Shown here: positions 61,157-64,000 of the stretch, piece after piece
Layout: each line of letters starts with the position of its first letter
Position numbering within the stretch: the first letter of the stretch is position 1
Source of the DNA: a bacterium
GTDB taxonomy: Bacteria > UBA8248
Reading direction: 5' to 3'
Length of the DNA: 64,000 bases
Assembly (NCBI GenBank): GCA_965213685.1
Contig: CBDBZY010000012.1
Span: 32,001 to 96,000 of the forward strand
Notes under the pieces: model-generated
What the model was told of the DNA's origin: nothing
Databases searched by the model: none
The model's input: the letters and a program-made list of their open reading frames with translations, nothing else
Translations under genes and position numbers: made by a program

Positions 61157-63489
61157 TTGGCGTCTCCCGCCAGCCGAACGATGGCGTAGATGGCGATTCC
61201 CGCGATGACCAGCACGGTGATCTCGCCCAGGGTGTCGTATCCGCGGTAATCGACGATGATCGCGTTGACCACGTTCTTGAAGCCGGCCACCGGCTTGCTC
61301 GTGCGCATGAAGTAGTCCGCGATGGTCCGGAACTGGTGCGTGTTCATGACGGCGGCCATGCCGAGTGCCGCGCATGCGCCCAGGGCGACCGCGATTCCCC
61401 AGTCCCGCATTTTTCGGGCGGGAGAGAGGCGGGCGGGCTGCAGCTCGGGCAGGTAGTGGAAAACGAGCAGGAACAGCACCACGGAGGCCGATTCGATCAT
61501 GATTTGGGTCAGCGCCAGATCCGGAGCCTTCAGGAGCAGATACAGCCCGGAGATGGAGTAGCCCATGGTGCCCAGGGCGAGAATCGCCGGGATTCTCCGC
61601 CGGAAGAGCGCGGTGGCGAGCGCCGCGCCCATCGTCATCAGCGAGATGACGACGAGGAGGAGCGACGCGCCCGCGAACGTTCCGGGGAAGACGTCCTCCC
61701 CCCATTTCATCGACGAGACGGCATACAGGATGACGGCGGTGGGCACCACCAGCATCCAGCGCATGTATCTTCGGAGGTTTCCGTCCTGGATGAGGAGGAG
61801 CACCTCCCAGGTGCCGTGGCGCAGCCAGTCGATGAAGCCGTTATACGCCTTCTCGGGGGTGGGCGCGTTCCCCCATGCGCGGGCGATCGCGTCGAGGGCG
61901 GCCCGCACGCGGGCGAAGCGGAGGTAGAGCCCCACCCCCAGCGCCATGGTGACGATCGACATGATCAGGGGCGCGTTCACCCCGTGCCAAAGCCCCAGGT
62001 GGAGTTCGAGGCGCTCGCCGCCGCCCAGCGTGGCCGCAGCGGCGGGCGCTACGACGGCGTTTTCGATGACGCCCGGCGCCAGGCCGAACAGGAGCGCCAG
62101 GAGCACCAGGATGGCGGGCGCCGCGAGCATCCCCCAGGGCGGGTCGTGGGGATGCCTGGGCGCTTCTCCCTCGGCCGCCTTCCAGTAGGGCTCCCCCAGA
62201 AACCGCAGGTGGTAGAGTGCCGTGAACACGCCCGCGAAAAGGGTGAGCCAGGGCCAGAACCAGCCCCAGCTCCCGGGGCCTCCGGGGCGGAGACTCGCCT
62301 CGTAGAGCATTTCCTTGGTGATGAAGCCGCCCAGGGGCGGGACGCCGATCAGGCTGAGGGCGGCGAGGAGCGCGAGGATGTGGGTCCGGGGCATCAGCCT
62401 TCGCAGGTTTCCCAGGAGCCTGACGTCCCGCGTGCCCGCCTCGTGATCGATGATGCCGACCGTCATGAACATCGCCGCCTTGGCGGCCGCGTGGTTATAG
62501 AGGTGAAGGGTGGCGCCGACGATGGCCCCCCTGCCGCCATAGCCCAGGAAGGTGACGATGAGTCCCAGCTGGCTGATCGTCCCATACGCCAGGATGGCCT
62601 TGAGGTCGTGGGCGCGCAGGGAGAGCAGGCCGCCGGCGATCATCGTCGTCATGCCGAGGCCGGTGACGACGTAGCCCCAGGCCGGGTGGGCGCCCAGAAT
62701 CGGATAAAAGCGCGAGAGCAGGTAGATGCCCGCCTTCACCATGGTGGCCGAATGGAGAAAGGCGCTGATGGGCGTGGGCGCCTCCATGGCGTTCGGCAGC
62801 CAGATGTGGAAGGGCCACTGCGCGCTCTTGGTGGCCGCGCCGAGGATGATCAGCACGAAAACGCCCAGGGATACGTGCCGGGCGGGCTCCGGTGCCAGCA
62901 CCAGTTGGGAGAGGCGCCATTCGCCCGTCGCGTCGCCGAGGAGCAGGAAGCCTCCCAGCATGGCGAGGCCTCCGCTTCCGGTGATGAGAATCGCCTTGGT
63001 GGCGCCGTAGTTGGACGCCTTTTTCTCTGACCAGAAGCCGATCAGGAAAAACGAGGTGATGCTCGTCAGCTCCCAGAAGATGAAGAGCGAGATGAGATGG
63101 TTCGAGAAGACCACGCCCAGCATCGAGCCCATGAAGGCGATCAGAAAAGCGTAATAGCGCCCGAGTGCCTCGCCCGCGTGGAGGTACCAGTGCGAATACA
63201 GGACGATGAGCGCGCCCACGCCGGCGACCAGAAAGCCCCACATCAGGCTCAGGCCGTCCACCATGAAGGATATTTCCACGTTGGCCGCCGGCACCCAGGG
63301 GATGACGCGCGTGATGGTCCTCTGCCCCGCCGCCGCCCATTCCCGGTAAAGCCCGCAGAGTGCCCACGCGCTCACGAGGGGCGCCGCCATGGCGAACCAG
63401 GCGGCGCCCTTGCGGAACCGGTTCGCGAGGAGGGGAACGACGAGGGCGGCGAGGAACGGGAAGAAAACGATGATGAGGGTATTGTCCAA
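61144..63489 (-). CDS. mrpA: Mrp antiporter subunit A
   Basis: FWELTSITSF, TKSAQWPFHIWLPNAMEAPTP, APDLALTQ, NVVNAIIVDYRGYDTLGE; start at TTG 63489 or ATG 63519. Confidence 0.93.
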   Translation of the reverse strand: MDNTLIIVFFPFLAALVVPLLANRFRKGAAWFAMAAPLVSAWALCGLYREWAAAGQRTITRVIPWVPAANVEISFMVDGLSLMWGFLVAGVGALIVLYSHWYLHAGEALGRYYAFLIAFMGSMLGVVFSNHLISLFIFWELTSITSFFLIGFWSEKKASNYGATKAILITGSGGLAMLGGFLLLGDATGEWRLSQLVLAPEPARHVSLGVFVLIILGAATKSAQWPFHIWLPNAMEAPTPISAFLHSATMVKAGIYLLSRFYPILGAHPAWGYVVTGLGMTTMIAGGLLSLRAHDLKAILAYGTISQLGLIVTFLGYGGRGAIVGATLHLYNHAAAKAAMFMTVGIIDHEAGTRDVRLLGNLRRLMPRTHILALLAALSLIGVPPLGGFITKEMLYEASLRPGGPGSWGWFWPWLTLFAGVFTALYHLRFLGEPYWKAAEGEAPRHPHDPPWGMLAAPAILVLLALLFGLAPGVIENAVVAPAAAATLGGGERLELHLGLWHGVNAPLIMSIVTMALGVGLYLRFARVRAALDAIARAWGNAPTPEKAYNGFIDWLRHGTWEVLLLIQDGNLRRYMRWMLVVPTAVILYAVSSMKWGEDVFPGTFAGASLLLVVISLMTMGAALATALFRRRIPAILALGTMGYSISGLYLLLKAPDLALTQIMIESASVVLFLLVFHYLPELQPARLSPARKMRDWGIAVALGACAALGMAAVMNTHQFRTIADYFMRTSKPVAGFKNVVNAIIVDYRGYDTLGEITVLVIAGIAIYAIVRLAGDAKWDH

Positions 63490-63742
63490 GGCGCGACCCT
63501 TCGAGGGTGGTTCTCGCATATGAAAAGCAGGTCTTGAAAAATAATGGCATAATTGATGAAATCGGACAAGAAAAGAACAGCCTCGCTTCCTGGACGCGCC
63601 GTCTGCGGCGAGGGATGGCGCGCGCGTGCGGCCGTCTCCGGCGGGATGGCGTTGCGGACCGAGGAGCCGGAACGGGGGGGAGGAGAGGCGCGTCCCGCAT
63701 GTTCCGGTTCTTTCCGTTGTGCCATAGGGGGGTGCTCAGTCC

Positions 63743-64000
63743 TTGGGGGAGACGACCTACCGCCTCTACGCCCTGTGCCAGGGGACGCGCGCGTGCGACG
63801 CCTCCTGGCTGCTGTATCTGAGCGAGTCGGGGCGCGTGCGGGAGCTGCCCTATTTCTTCTGGCTGCTGGTGCCCGAGGCCGGAGGTGCGCCCATCGCCGT
63901 GGACACCGGCTTCAGCGAGGCGGCCCAGAAGGCGCGCAATCCCGTCTATGCGGGCTACCGCCAGCAGCGGGAGCTTCTGGGACATTTCGGCGTCAAGCCG
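63743..64000 (+). CDS. N-terminal part of a metallo-beta-lactamase-fold protein (AHL-lactonase-like), truncated by the window end
   Basis: Open frame LGETTYRLYAL...PYFFWLL...IAVDTGF...LLGHFGVKP; the HxHxDH motif is not reached. Confidence 0.65.
   Translation, partial: MGETTYRLYALCQGTRACDASWLLYLSESGRVRELPYFFWLLVPEAGGAPIAVDTGFSEAAQKARNPVYAGYRQQRELLGHFGVKP

Noticed and set aside
57786-63489. Mrp operon as a novel system
   Set aside because: Canonical mrpABCDEFG gene order and motifs.

Overview
GC-rich bacterial chromosomal window, mostly catabolic and transport genes: two Fe3+/polyamine-type ABC systems, znuABC-zur, a complete Mrp antiporter operon, ThDP enzymes, LLM/acyl-CoA/FAD oxidoreductases, hydantoinase A/B, an amidase, a divergent ADP-forming CoA ligase and one tRNA-Val(TAC). 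No CRISPR array, integrase or transposase was seen. Many genes carry single-base indels, clustered at about 15-21.7 kb and 31-34.4 kb; these look like long-read or assembly errors rather than decay. Main signals: (1) two ORFs split by the ORF track, an OsmC-like protein and a two-domain rhodanese, each with an in-frame TGA at the catalytic Cys position followed by a similarly placed hairpin, i.e. probable selenoproteins; (2) a tcmP + DUF5131 cassette (methyltransferase-like + CX6CX2C radical-SAM-like) with its own near-consensus promoter; (3) a two-component system followed by a promoter with 11-bp tandem boxes, a 54-aa secreted NPCAP-repeat peptide missed by the ORF track, and a cupredoxin-like protein; (4) a duplicated znuC/znuB junction that creates a 24-aa coupled mini-ORF; (5) an orphan protein made of two ~98-aa repeats; (6) a NYN nuclease islet just 3' of the tRNA. 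All family calls come from motif recognition by eye; no searches were run.
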